From positions 1,162-65,161 of the forward strand of contig JBDIAW010000007.1 in assembly GCA_039812585.1 (NCBI GenBank): a stretch of 64,000 nt of DNA, given 5' to 3'. Positions within the stretch are counted from its first letter, which is position 1; each line of letters begins with the position of its first letter. The notes under the pieces were generated by a model. The model was not told where the DNA came from. It worked only from the letters and a program-made list of their open reading frames with translations, and ran no database searches. Below are positions 10,542-19,551 of the stretch, one piece after another. Source of the DNA: Actinomycetota bacterium (lineage in GTDB: Bacteria; Actinomycetota; Actinomycetes; JBDIAW01). A program made the position numbers and the translations under genes.

Positions 10542-10611
10542 CAAATCAGGCTGACCTCGGGTCACCCGCAATCACTGATACCACCACGTGATCAGCAGAA
10601 CGGGAGTAGCA

Positions 10612-11046
10612 ATGCAGGGGGGACTTGTGCAACTGTTGTTGGTCGAAGATGACCCTGGTGACGTGATGCTCATCCAAGAAGCTTTTGCTGACCATAATCT
10701 GGAGCAGGCCATCGACCACGTCACCGATGGAGAGGCGGCCTTGCAATACCTGCGCCGCGAGGGTCGCTACGCCAATGCTCCCCGCCCCGATCTAGTGCTG
10801 CTCGATCTCAACCTTCCTCGGGTGGATGGCCGGGAGGTGTTGGCCCAGGTTAAATCTGATGAATCGCTGCGCAACATTCCTATCGTGGTGCTGACCACCT
10901 CTGAGGCAGAAGAGGACGTGCTGCGCAGTTACCACCTGCACGCCAACGCTTACGTGACCAAACCGGTGGACTTTGACAAGTTCCTCAACGTGGTGCGAAA
11001 GATTGATGACTTCTTTGTCGGAGTGGCCAAACTCCCCACCCGCTAG
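10612..11046 (+). CDS. single-domain CheY/Rcp1-like response regulator
   Basis: [10 protein letters not shown]...[17 protein letters not shown]...AYVTKP. ATG at 10612 with GGGAG 5 nt upstream. Confidence 0.85.
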   Translation: MQGGLVQLLLVEDDPGDVMLIQEAFADHNLEQAIDHVTDGEAALQYLRREGRYANAPRPDLVLLDLNLPRVDGREVLAQVKSDESLRNIPIVVLTTSEAEEDVLRSYHLHANAYVTKPVDFDKFLNVVRKIDDFFVGVAKLPTR

Positions 11047-11115
11047 TGTGGGGCGCGACAGCTCTGAACGGCGAACTGCCGGTGTTCGCTTCCTAGTGTA
11101 AAGGTGGTTTTGTTG

Positions 11116-12297
11116 ATGTCTGCACCCACTGCTTCCCCTGAGGTTGCCCAGCTGTTGCAAGACCCGGTCTTTGCTGCGCATGACCGCGGCAAGATGGAAA
11201 CCACCCTTAAAGCACCTATTCGTGACCGCGACGATCTCTCCCGTGTCTATACCCCAGGAGTAGCGCGAGTATGCGTGGATATTGCCGAAAACCCTGACCA
11301 CGTACGGGATTTCACCCTTAAGGCCAACACGATTGCCGTGGTGAGTGACGGCTCGGCGGTGCTCGGTCTGGGCAACCTAGGTGCGGCTGGCGCGCTTCCG
11401 GTCATGGAGGGCAAGGCCGCCCTGTTCAAACAGTTCGGGGGCATCGACGCGGTGCCGCTGTGCTTGGACACCCAGGACACCGAGGAGATCATCCGCACGG
11501 TACAACTGATTGCTCCGGTCTTTGCTGGTATTAACTTGGAGGACATCTCCTCCCCCCGCTGTTTCGAGGTGGAGCGACGTCTGCGCGAGTTGCTAGATAT
11601 CCCTGTTTTTCACGATGACCAGCACGGCACCGCAATTGTCACCCATGCAGCACTGCTCAACGCGTTGACGGTGGTGGGCAAACGCATCGAGGACGTGCGC
11701 ATTGTGATAGCCGGTGCCGGTGCTGCCGGTTCAGCCATCCTGAACCTGTTGCAGGCGCAAGGGGCATCGGATGTGGTGGTCTGCACGAGTAAGGGCGCGT
11801 TGGTGCAAGGCCGTACCGATGTGCCACCGCATTACCAGGAGATTGCGGCCCGCACCAACCCTCGGCGTATCAGCGGTACTTTGCGTGATGCGGTGCGTGG
11901 AGCTGACGTGTTCATCGGTGTCAGTGGCCCGAACCTGTTGGAGGGCTCCGACATTGCCACCATGAATGCTGATGCCATTGTGTTCGCTATGGCCAACCCC
12001 ACTCCGGAGGTCGACCCAGCAGCTGCCGCTCCTCATGCGGCGGTGATTGCCACCGGGCGCAGTGACTACCCCAATCAGATCAACAATGTGCTCGCTTTCC
12101 CCGGGGTGTTTCGGGGCCTCCTTGATGCCCGTAGCACGACCATCAACAATGAGGTCATCCTTCGGGCTGCCGTGGCCCTATCTCAGGTGATCCCCCAGCA
12201 GGAGTTGCGCGCCGACTACATCATCCCCAGTGTCTTCGACCCTCGCGTGTGCCCTGCCGTTGCTGGAGCAGTCCAAGCAGCCGTTGCCGGACAGTAA
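11116..12297 (+). CDS. NAD(P)-dependent malic enzyme
   Basis: YTPGVARVC...[15 protein letters not shown]...VPLCLD malic enzyme motifs. AAGGTGG RBS before ATG 11116. Confidence 0.85.
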   Translation: MSAPTASPEVAQLLQDPVFAAHDRGKMETTLKAPIRDRDDLSRVYTPGVARVCVDIAENPDHVRDFTLKANTIAVVSDGSAVLGLGNLGAAGALPVMEGKAALFKQFGGIDAVPLCLDTQDTEEIIRTVQLIAPVFAGINLEDISSPRCFEVERRLRELLDIPVFHDDQHGTAIVTHAALLNALTVVGKRIEDVRIVIAGAGAAGSAILNLLQAQGASDVVVCTSKGALVQGRTDVPPHYQEIAARTNPRRISGTLRDAVRGADVFIGVSGPNLLEGSDIATMNADAIVFAMANPTPEVDPAAAAPHAAVIATGRSDYPNQINNVLAFPGVFRGLLDARSTTINNEVILRAAVALSQVIPQQELRADYIIPSVFDPRVCPAVAGAVQAAVAGQ

Positions 12298-12409
12298 GTA
12301 GGGGCTAGGACACCGCCAGCCCGACCGTGGGCACGATTGGTCGCGGCTGTCATACTGAAGCTTCCTGGGGTCACCGATGTGGGCAGTGGTTGTGGACAGG
12401 GGGCACGCT

Positions 12410-12994
12410 ATGGCGGAACCGTTTTTATGGCCACGCCCCGTCAGTGTGTCCCGCCTGACCGGGCAGTTATTGGTGGCCAGCCCTCATCTGCACGATCCCA
12501 ACTTTTCTCACACCGTGGTGTATCTGCTCGACCACTCCACCTCCGGAGCCTTAGGGGTGATCATTAACCGCCCGTCGGTGGTGGAGGTAGGTGCGGTGTT
12601 GTCCGGATGGGCTGACGCCGATCCGACCGGGGTGCTCTACCACGGTGGCCCGGTGAGCCAGAACTGCGCCCTGGGGGTGGCGGTGGCCTGTGCGGCACAG
12701 CCTCCCCGCGGCTGGCAGGGCATCGACGGAAGCTTTGGCCTGGTGGATTTGGATGCTCCGGTGGAGCAGTACTCCCGTCACGTGCGGGGCGTGCGAATTT
12801 TTGCCGGGTATGCGGGCTGGGACCCCGGGCAGTTGGAGGAGGAGTTGAGTGAGGACGCCTGGTTTGTCGTTGATGCCCTGCCTGGCGACCTGCTCACCGC
12901 TCATGCGCACACCCTGTGGCGTGCGGTGTTACGCCGACAAACCAACGACCTGGTCTACCTTTCCACCTACGTCGATGATCCCAGTCTGAATTGA
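12410..12994 (+). CDS. YqgE/AlgH family (UPF0301) protein
   Basis: LTGQLLVASPHLHDPNFSHTVVYLLDHSTSGALGVIINRP. Start chosen at the internal ATG 12410. Confidence 0.7.
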   Translation: MAEPFLWPRPVSVSRLTGQLLVASPHLHDPNFSHTVVYLLDHSTSGALGVIINRPSVVEVGAVLSGWADADPTGVLYHGGPVSQNCALGVAVACAAQPPRGWQGIDGSFGLVDLDAPVEQYSRHVRGVRIFAGYAGWDPGQLEEELSEDAWFVVDALPGDLLTAHAHTLWRAVLRRQTNDLVYLSTYVDDPSLN

Positions 12995-13117
12995 ACTGGC
13001 CTGCAGGCAAACTGTCGCACGGACTGCCAAGCCTCGTTTAGGCTGGTCAGTATGGACGCTGCAGCAATGAGCCTCACCTGTTCTTCGAGCCTGCCTTCGG
13101 GGCCGGGGATTGCCACG

Positions 13118-13369
13118 ATGGACCCGGATACGGACACCTTGACTCGGCCTGAGCAGGAAGAAAACTTCGAGCCCGGTGATCATGAGCGTTTTGCCCACTA
13201 TGTGCGTAAAGGCCAGGACATTCAATCAATGATGTATGGCACGCCGGTGGTGGCGCTGTGCGGGAAAAAATGGGTCCCCAGTCGTGATCCTAAAAGATTC
13301 CCCGTTTGCCCTATGTGCAAAGAGATCTACGCGTCGATGCCTGTGGGTAAGCCCGATCATCAGGACTGA
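13118..13369 (+). CDS. DUF3039 domain protein
   Basis: ERFAHYVRKGQD...ALCGKKWVPSRDPKRFPVCPMCKE matches the conserved actinobacterial DUF3039 pattern. Start at ATG 13118. Confidence 0.7.
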   Translation: MDPDTDTLTRPEQEENFEPGDHERFAHYVRKGQDIQSMMYGTPVVALCGKKWVPSRDPKRFPVCPMCKEIYASMPVGKPDHQD

Positions 13370-13432
13370 ACCTTCGGTGGTGTCACTGACCTCGGGTGTT
13401 TCCCTCCACTCGATGAAAGTGATGCCCCAACC

Positions 13433-15100
13433 ATGGCTGATGACCCGGGTAAAACCGGCGCGGTGGTGGTGAACCAGGATGCGTTCACTGCCTGCCTGCA
13501 GGGTGATTACACCGCGCTGAACCATCTGCTTACTACCCCGCAGCGCTACTTCCCGCCGATCAGTGCCTATCCCAGCCCCACCAGCCTGCAACGAATGGGC
13601 GGGTTGGAGCTGGAGATGCTGCTGATCAACCCGGTAACGGGGGAGTTGGCCGCAGCGGGGCAGCCATTGTGGGAGGACCTCACCCGCCACAACAGCCCGG
13701 AGGCCACCTTCACCAGGGAGGCCTCCACCTATGCCGTGGAGATTAACATTGCGCCTTTTCCCATAGCCGGCGCTGGGTTTGCCCTCCTGCGCCAACGCCT
13801 AGAGGCCGCGTTGGCCACCTTGCGTCGCGTGGCGGCTCGCTACGGGTTGGCCTGTCTGGGGGTCGGCATGGCTCCCTCAACCAGGCTGGAGCAGTTGGGC
13901 CCGCACGCCATCCCTGACGTGGCGCGTTATCACCTGCTCAACGAGGTCCTCATGCGCTACAACGTCAACCGCCCCGTGCGGCTGCAGGGCCCCACCGAGC
14001 AGGTGGATTTCTTAGCTGAGTCGGTGGCCCTGGTGGGGGCGGGGACCAGCGCTCAGTTTCACCTCATGGGGGATTACGACAGCTTCCCGGAGTTGTTCAA
14101 CGCGGCCCAGGCGATCACGGGCCTGATGGTGGGTTTGGCGGCGCACTCCCCGTTTTTTAACGGTCTGGCTTTAGCTCACGAGACGCGACTACTGACGTTT
14201 CAGGCCTTCACCGATACCCGCACCCCGCAGGAGTGTCAGCGAGGAGTCCCGGCACGGGTGGATGTGGGAGCAGGGTGGGTGCGCTCAGCCTTCGAGGCGC
14301 TGACCCGAGGGGTTGCCACCCATCATCCGTTGGTGCCCAATGTGGAGGGGTTGGCTGACTCGGTGCGCCAACTGGCCTTGGGGCAAACTCCCAGCCTGCT
14401 GGCGTTGCGCCGCAGCCAGGGCACCCAATGGGAGCACAATCGCGCCCTGTTCTGCACGACAGGAGCGGACCAGCCGGTGTCGGGAGGGTTTTTACGGGTG
14501 GAGACTCGCGCCATGGCCTCCGGTAGCACCCCTGATGTGTGGGCCAATTGCGTCTTCTCCGCCGGGCTGATGCACAGTTTGGCCAGTGACCCGGTGCCGG
14601 TGGCCGAACAATTCCATTTCGATCATGTGCGGCGCACTGTGAAGGAGGCGATTGCGCAGGGGATGGGCGCGAACGTGTGGTGGCCACAGTTGGGTCAGAT
14701 GCCTCTGCCTCAGGTTGTCACTCAGGTGTGCCTGCCGCTGGCGCGCCAAGGATTGGCCGACTTGCAGGTTTCGCCCAGCCTGGCGCACGCGGCGTTGGAC
14801 ATTATTGAGCAGCGTTGCCGTACGCAGGTCAACGGGGCCAGTTGGAGCTTGCGCGTGGTGGAACAGTTGCAGGCACGAGGGAGCTCCCGCACCGCTGCCT
14901 TGGCCGAGCTCACCCGATTGACCGCGCGGCATCAGGCCAGCTCCACTGCCTCGCCGGTGCACACCTGGCCGTTGCCCACCTCCGGGGTGGTCGCACGGCC
15001 CAAAGTAGGGGGGCGTGGCCCGGTGGTGGGATTGCCTGCGCCCACAGCTCCAAGCCGGGGTGCTGTGGGCTTCCCGGCTGTGGCACACTGGAGGGCATGA
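13433..15100 (+). CDS. glutamate--cysteine ligase family 2 / carboxylate-amine ligase (YbdK-like) with Pro/Ala-rich C-terminal tail
   Basis: GLELEMLLINPVTGE N-terminal GCS2 motif. The long low-complexity C-terminus makes the exact 3' end questionable. Confidence 0.55.
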   Translation: MADDPGKTGAVVVNQDAFTACLQGDYTALNHLLTTPQRYFPPISAYPSPTSLQRMGGLELEMLLINPVTGELAAAGQPLWEDLTRHNSPEATFTREASTYAVEINIAPFPIAGAGFALLRQRLEAALATLRRVAARYGLACLGVGMAPSTRLEQLGPHAIPDVARYHLLNEVLMRYNVNRPVRLQGPTEQVDFLAESVALVGAGTSAQFHLMGDYDSFPELFNAAQAITGLMVGLAAHSPFFNGLALAHETRLLTFQAFTDTRTPQECQRGVPARVDVGAGWVRSAFEALTRGVATHHPLVPNVEGLADSVRQLALGQTPSLLALRRSQGTQWEHNRALFCTTGADQPVSGGFLRVETRAMASGSTPDVWANCVFSAGLMHSLASDPVPVAEQFHFDHVRRTVKEAIAQGMGANVWWPQLGQMPLPQVVTQVCLPLARQGLADLQVSPSLAHAALDIIEQRCRTQVNGASWSLRVVEQLQARGSSRTAALAELTRLTARHQASSTASPVHTWPLPTSGVVARPKVGGRGPVVGLPAPTAPSRGAVGFPAVAHWRA

Positions 15101-15202
15101 GCCAGCTGCACGAGATTATTCCCTGCGCGCGTCGGTAGTTCCATCCACCGACGCGCAGACCTTCCGTGGCTCACGGGAGGTCTTTTTTATGGAAGGGTCG
15201 CT
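15090..15202 (+). promoter_or_regulatory. candidate leader/attenuator upstream of cimA/leuA: 13-codon uORF (MSQLHEIIPCARR) overlapping a 12-bp-stem hairpin, then a short hairpin plus T6 run just before the cimA RBS
   Basis: GGAGGG then ATG at 15097. The uORF stop lies inside the stem ctgcgcgcgtcggt...accgacgcgcag. ccgtggctcacgg+gaggtctttttt is unusual in this GC-rich DNA. Confidence 0.3.
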
Positions 15203-16780
15203 ATGTCCAGCACCACTGTTGACGTGTATGACACCACCCTGCGCGACGGTACGCAGGGGGAAGGGATCAGTTTGTCGGTGGGGGACAAGCTGACCATTGC
15301 CCGGCTGCTCGACGAGCTAGGGGTTGACTTCATCGAGGGAGGGTGGCCGGGGGCCAACCCCAAAGACAGTGAGTTTTTCGCCCGCGCCGCCGAGGAGTTG
15401 ACCCTGCACCATGCCCAACTGGCTGCCTTTGGAGCCACACGTCGCGCTGGTGTCGCAGTGGCCGATGATCCCCAGGTTGCGGCCTTGCTGGAGGCGAACA
15501 CTGCGGTGGTGTGCCTGGTAGCCAAAAGCCACGCCGAACAGGTAGAAGTGGCGCTTCGCACCTCCCTAGAGGAAAACCTCGCGATGATCACCGATACGGT
15601 GAGCTATCTCACCGGCCACGGTCGGAAAGTTTTTGTTGATGCAGAACACTTTTTCGACGGTTATGCGGCACATCCTGACTACGCGTTGCAGGTGGTGCGC
15701 GCGGCGGCGGATGCCGGTGCGCACGTGGTGGTGCTCTGCGACACCAACGGGGGAAGCCTGCCAGAGCAGGTGGGCGCTGCAGTGGCGGCGGTGCACCAGC
15801 TCAGTGGGGCGAATCTGGGCATTCACTGCCACAACGACAGCGGTGTGGCCGTGGCCAACACCCTCGCGGCGGTGCAGGCGGGGGCGATGCACGTACAGGC
15901 AGTGGCCAACGGGTATGGGGAGCGTTGTGGCAATGCGGATTTGTTCACGGTGGTGGCGGCCTTGCAGTTGAAGTTGGGTCGCACTGTGCTGCCTGCAGGC
16001 CGCCTGCAGGATCTGACCCGTATCAGCCATGCGATTGCCGAGGTGGCCAACCGTGCTTTGCCAGCACCGACCCCCTACGTTGGCGCCTCCGCCTTTGCCC
16101 ACAAAGGCGGCCTTCATGCCAGCGCGGTGAAAATCCGCCCCGACCTTTATCAGCACATTGATCCTCGTCAGGTGGGCAACGACACCCGGATGCTGGTCTC
16201 CGAGTTGGCGGGGCGTGCCTCTGTGGAGCTGAAAAGCCGCGAGTTGGGTGTGGACCTCTCTGATCGCCCCGAAGCCCTGACACAGGTGGTGGAGCTAGTC
16301 AAACAGCGTGAGGCAGTTGGCTACAGCTATGAGGCGGCCGATGCCTCATTTGAGTTGTTGTTGCGCGATGTGTTAGCCGGGGCCAAGCAGCGGCCTTTCC
16401 AGGTGGAGTCGTGGCGGGTGCTGGTGGAGCATCGCAGGGCCGGTGACCCAGTGCCCGCAGCAGAGGCCACAGTCAAGGTGCATGCCCAGGGTCAACGCCT
16501 GGTCGCTATCGGTGAGGGCAACGGCCCGGTCAACGCTTTAGATGCCGCCCTACGTCTCGCCTTGGAGCCGATCTATCCACAGTTAACTTCATTGAAGTTG
16601 ACCGACTACAAAGTGCGCATCATCGATACCGGCCAGGGCACCGCCGCAACCACCCGAGTCCTTATCGATACCACCGATGGCAAGACCTCCTGGTCCACCG
16701 TCGGTGTCGGGCAAGACATCGTCGAAGCCTCCTGGCAAGCCTTAGAGGATGCGGTCAGCTACGGGCTGCTGGGGAGTTGA
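15203..16780 (+). CDS. cimA: citramalate synthase / 2-isopropylmalate synthase family (LeuA-dimer domain)
   Basis: VYDTTLRDGTQGEGISLSVGDKL HMGL-like N-terminus with a C-terminal LeuA allosteric-type domain. 525 aa, typical of CimA. Confidence 0.8.
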   Translation: MSSTTVDVYDTTLRDGTQGEGISLSVGDKLTIARLLDELGVDFIEGGWPGANPKDSEFFARAAEELTLHHAQLAAFGATRRAGVAVADDPQVAALLEANTAVVCLVAKSHAEQVEVALRTSLEENLAMITDTVSYLTGHGRKVFVDAEHFFDGYAAHPDYALQVVRAAADAGAHVVVLCDTNGGSLPEQVGAAVAAVHQLSGANLGIHCHNDSGVAVANTLAAVQAGAMHVQAVANGYGERCGNADLFTVVAALQLKLGRTVLPAGRLQDLTRISHAIAEVANRALPAPTPYVGASAFAHKGGLHASAVKIRPDLYQHIDPRQVGNDTRMLVSELAGRASVELKSRELGVDLSDRPEALTQVVELVKQREAVGYSYEAADASFELLLRDVLAGAKQRPFQVESWRVLVEHRRAGDPVPAAEATVKVHAQGQRLVAIGEGNGPVNALDAALRLALEPIYPQLTSLKLTDYKVRIIDTGQGTAATTRVLIDTTDGKTSWSTVGVGQDIVEASWQALEDAVSYGLLGS

Positions 16781-16799
16781 TCGCTGGGTGAGATAGAAG

Positions 16800-19067
16800 C
16801 TAGCGATTAGAACTAATGGATTTCCCAGCTTGAAGCATGAAAGATTCTCGTGGCAAACGAGGCAACCGGATCATCTGAGAGGCACGATAAGGGACAGTTG
16901 CCCCACTGCGGGTAGAGTGCCCAGGTTTTTTCACGACACTGAATTGATGACCTTGCATCAAGTATTTCCTCTGCCCATGAACAGAACCCCATTCTGGTCT
17001 TGGAATAAGCGAAGCTTGCAGAATGACCACGCTATGACCTGGGATGATCACAGTCCCTCCTGGAACAATACCGGTCGGTGTGATCAGTGTTTTGTCGGCA
17101 GTCGTCGTGCATTCCAACGCATAGCTTTTCCACTGTCCTGCAGGCAGCTGAAAAGCAGTCTGCTTTGAGGAGCGATTAAAGATAACTAAGAGGCCATCCC
17201 CATCTCGTGTGGCACGTGGTGTAGTCGGCTGTTCCGTGCAAGCCATGAATGCGCCGAAGCATGAAATATGGGCATCCTGCGCTGTGTTAACGGTCGATCC
17301 GTCAGCTTTGAGCCATACGACATCTGGTGGCCCCCCCTCAAAATGAGGCAATCCTGTAAAATGACCGGGATCTCTTAATGCAGGGTGAGTTTTCCTGAGA
17401 TCAGCTAAGGCACCAAAGAAATGAAGTAGATCAGGATCTGGCACAGGCCATTGATGCCACACTCTGGCGTCATCAATGTCGTAAGGATTATGTAAACCGT
17501 CCTGTGTTTGGCCGCAAATATCGTTTGCTGTGACGAGCGGCATGCCTTTTGAAGTCATCAAAATCGTGAGTAAGCCCAGCGATATTTGTCGATTCACAGA
17601 GACGTCATTGGTGTTGGTGATATCTCTTACACGGTCTGCAAGTGTAGGTCCATCGTGACTACCAATGTATGAAATTACTCCACCTACCTTCCAGCCATGC
17701 GAATCGGAACTTCCAGCAAACCCTTTAATGAATAAATCTAAAGATTTACTGTTAGTAAGCCACCCAATAGAATCTCTCAACCCTGGATCCCACTCTGCAT
17801 ATTTACCTGGCAAACTACCAATTTGCGTTCCTAGGCAATCCCAAGGCTCCCCGCTTAGAAAGAGTCGAGATAACTCGGGATCATGTGCAATGTCATGGAG
17901 GAGTTGACTTGTGCCCTGTTCGTGAGTTTCACCCCCTCGTGTTAGCGCTGCCAGAAGATCGAAACGAAAGCCATCCACACCTAAATCGGCAAGATTGCGC
18001 AACGAGTCCATGATTATTTGGCGGGTCAATGGCGTATCATTTAAGGATGCACCACACCCGGTACAATCCCAATAATGAGGACCTATAGGTCGATACCATC
18101 CATGTGGATCTAAGCCTTTACCGGATGCTGTCAAGCCTTGGTGGTTACCCTCAAAGGTATGATTATAGACAACATCTACGATAATTTCTAGTCCTTGTCG
18201 GTGAAATGCCTCCACCATATCAGCGAATTCTTTTCTAATACCTCCTGGGTAGCCCTGTGTTCCATATCCAGGATCCAAAGCCATAAAGCTCATAGAATTG
18301 TATCCCCATACGTCATCAGGATGAGAGGCATGAACGGGCATGAGTTCTATAGTGGTTACTCCGGCAGCCTGAAAGAAGGGGATCAGGTGAACTAATCCAG
18401 AAAATGTTCTTCTTTGTCCTTCGGGTACATCTGGATGTATTCGTGTAATATGTCCGACATGAACTTCACAGATTATCCGCTGTGAAAGCGGTATTTTTGG
18501 TCTGTTTCCAGTATCCCACTGAAGGGAGTTGTCTGGTACTACCGAAAATGGAACATATCCAAAACTGTCGTAGTTATTAGGGCGAATATCAGCAGTACGA
18601 AAATTTCCACTTCTATCCATATCGTGTCCGTCATAAGTGGCTGCCCGTCCTATTTGCATCTTCTTTGGGTTTGGGTAGGCAATCTCCGACGCATGTGGAT
18701 CTATCAACGCTTTGTGAGGGTTGAACACCTCGCCCATGTAAGGTGCCCAAGGTCCATCAACACGGATGTTGTACTTCGTACCGGGCGGTGTGTCGGGTAT
18801 CTCTCCCGTCCATGGACCTTTGGTGGCAGCACTGCTTAAATCTCTTTGTCTAGATTGTGGTGTGAGAGACCAGAGTTCCTCTCTGCCATTAGGTTTAAGA
18901 ACTGCTATATAAACTTTCCAAGCTTTAGGCGCAAAGACGGTGAAGGTGGTTGCTCCGGTCTCGGGATCATAAGTCGGTCCCTGTCGTTCAGGACTTGGGG
19001 CGGGCCTTGCAGCCCGTACTCTAATGATTGCCTTTTCATAGCTCATGTCATGCATTTTAACATCCAA
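16800..19067 (-). CDS. treX: glycogen debranching enzyme GlgX/TreX (GH13 isoamylase-type)
   Basis: CBM48 N-terminus and GH13 catalytic regions (GFRFDLLA, VDVVYNH). ~48% GC; sits downstream of treY. Confidence 0.85.
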   Translation of the reverse strand: MDVKMHDMSYEKAIIRVRAARPAPSPERQGPTYDPETGATTFTVFAPKAWKVYIAVLKPNGREELWSLTPQSRQRDLSSAATKGPWTGEIPDTPPGTKYNIRVDGPWAPYMGEVFNPHKALIDPHASEIAYPNPKKMQIGRAATYDGHDMDRSGNFRTADIRPNNYDSFGYVPFSVVPDNSLQWDTGNRPKIPLSQRIICEVHVGHITRIHPDVPEGQRRTFSGLVHLIPFFQAAGVTTIELMPVHASHPDDVWGYNSMSFMALDPGYGTQGYPGGIRKEFADMVEAFHRQGLEIIVDVVYNHTFEGNHQGLTASGKGLDPHGWYRPIGPHYWDCTGCGASLNDTPLTRQIIMDSLRNLADLGVDGFRFDLLAALTRGGETHEQGTSQLLHDIAHDPELSRLFLSGEPWDCLGTQIGSLPGKYAEWDPGLRDSIGWLTNSKSLDLFIKGFAGSSDSHGWKVGGVISYIGSHDGPTLADRVRDITNTNDVSVNRQISLGLLTILMTSKGMPLVTANDICGQTQDGLHNPYDIDDARVWHQWPVPDPDLLHFFGALADLRKTHPALRDPGHFTGLPHFEGGPPDVVWLKADGSTVNTAQDAHISCFGAFMACTEQPTTPRATRDGDGLLVIFNRSSKQTAFQLPAGQWKSYALECTTTADKTLITPTGIVPGGTVIIPGHSVVILQASLIPRPEWGSVHGQRKYLMQGHQFSVVKKPGHSTRSGATVPYRASQMIRLPRLPRESFMLQAGKSISSNR

Positions 19068-19551
19068 CCTAACGTTGAGGGTAGGACTTTCAGCAGAAGT
19101 TGGCCGCGCAACACTCAGTAATCATGAGATAGTGGATAGTTAAAAGATTTTGTTGCTCGATAACTTGACAAGAGAATAATTATATTCGAGGTTGAGATTT
19201 GCCGCAATTCATTACATCAATTCAAAATTAATAAACTAGTAGTAAAATAAATTATTACTGGTAGAAAATTATGTGCACTTCTTGCCAAGCATATCATCTG
19301 TATTGTTTCGTAGAAGCTGGAGTTAAAGTTAGCACAAAAAGAGCTTGCAGGCTAATTGAGAACCTACCGAGCTAGTACAACTGCCCGAGGACCCTACCTG
19401 CATGGCATTTTGGTAGTCATTGTCTGAAAAATCGTTCGGTGATGCGAACTACATTGTATGACCAGTTGCTTAAAGAGGAATTGCTCCAATCGGGATTCTC
19501 TAAGGGTAGTATCACTAGGAGCTACTTTAGACGATAGAAAAAAGTTATGAT
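19068..19551. other. 484-bp strongly AT-rich (~30% GC) spacer between treY and treX
   Basis: No ORF of 60 aa or more. Runs such as aattaataaactagtagtaaaataaattattactgg. Possible internal promoter, sRNA or remnant of foreign DNA. Confidence 0.5.
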
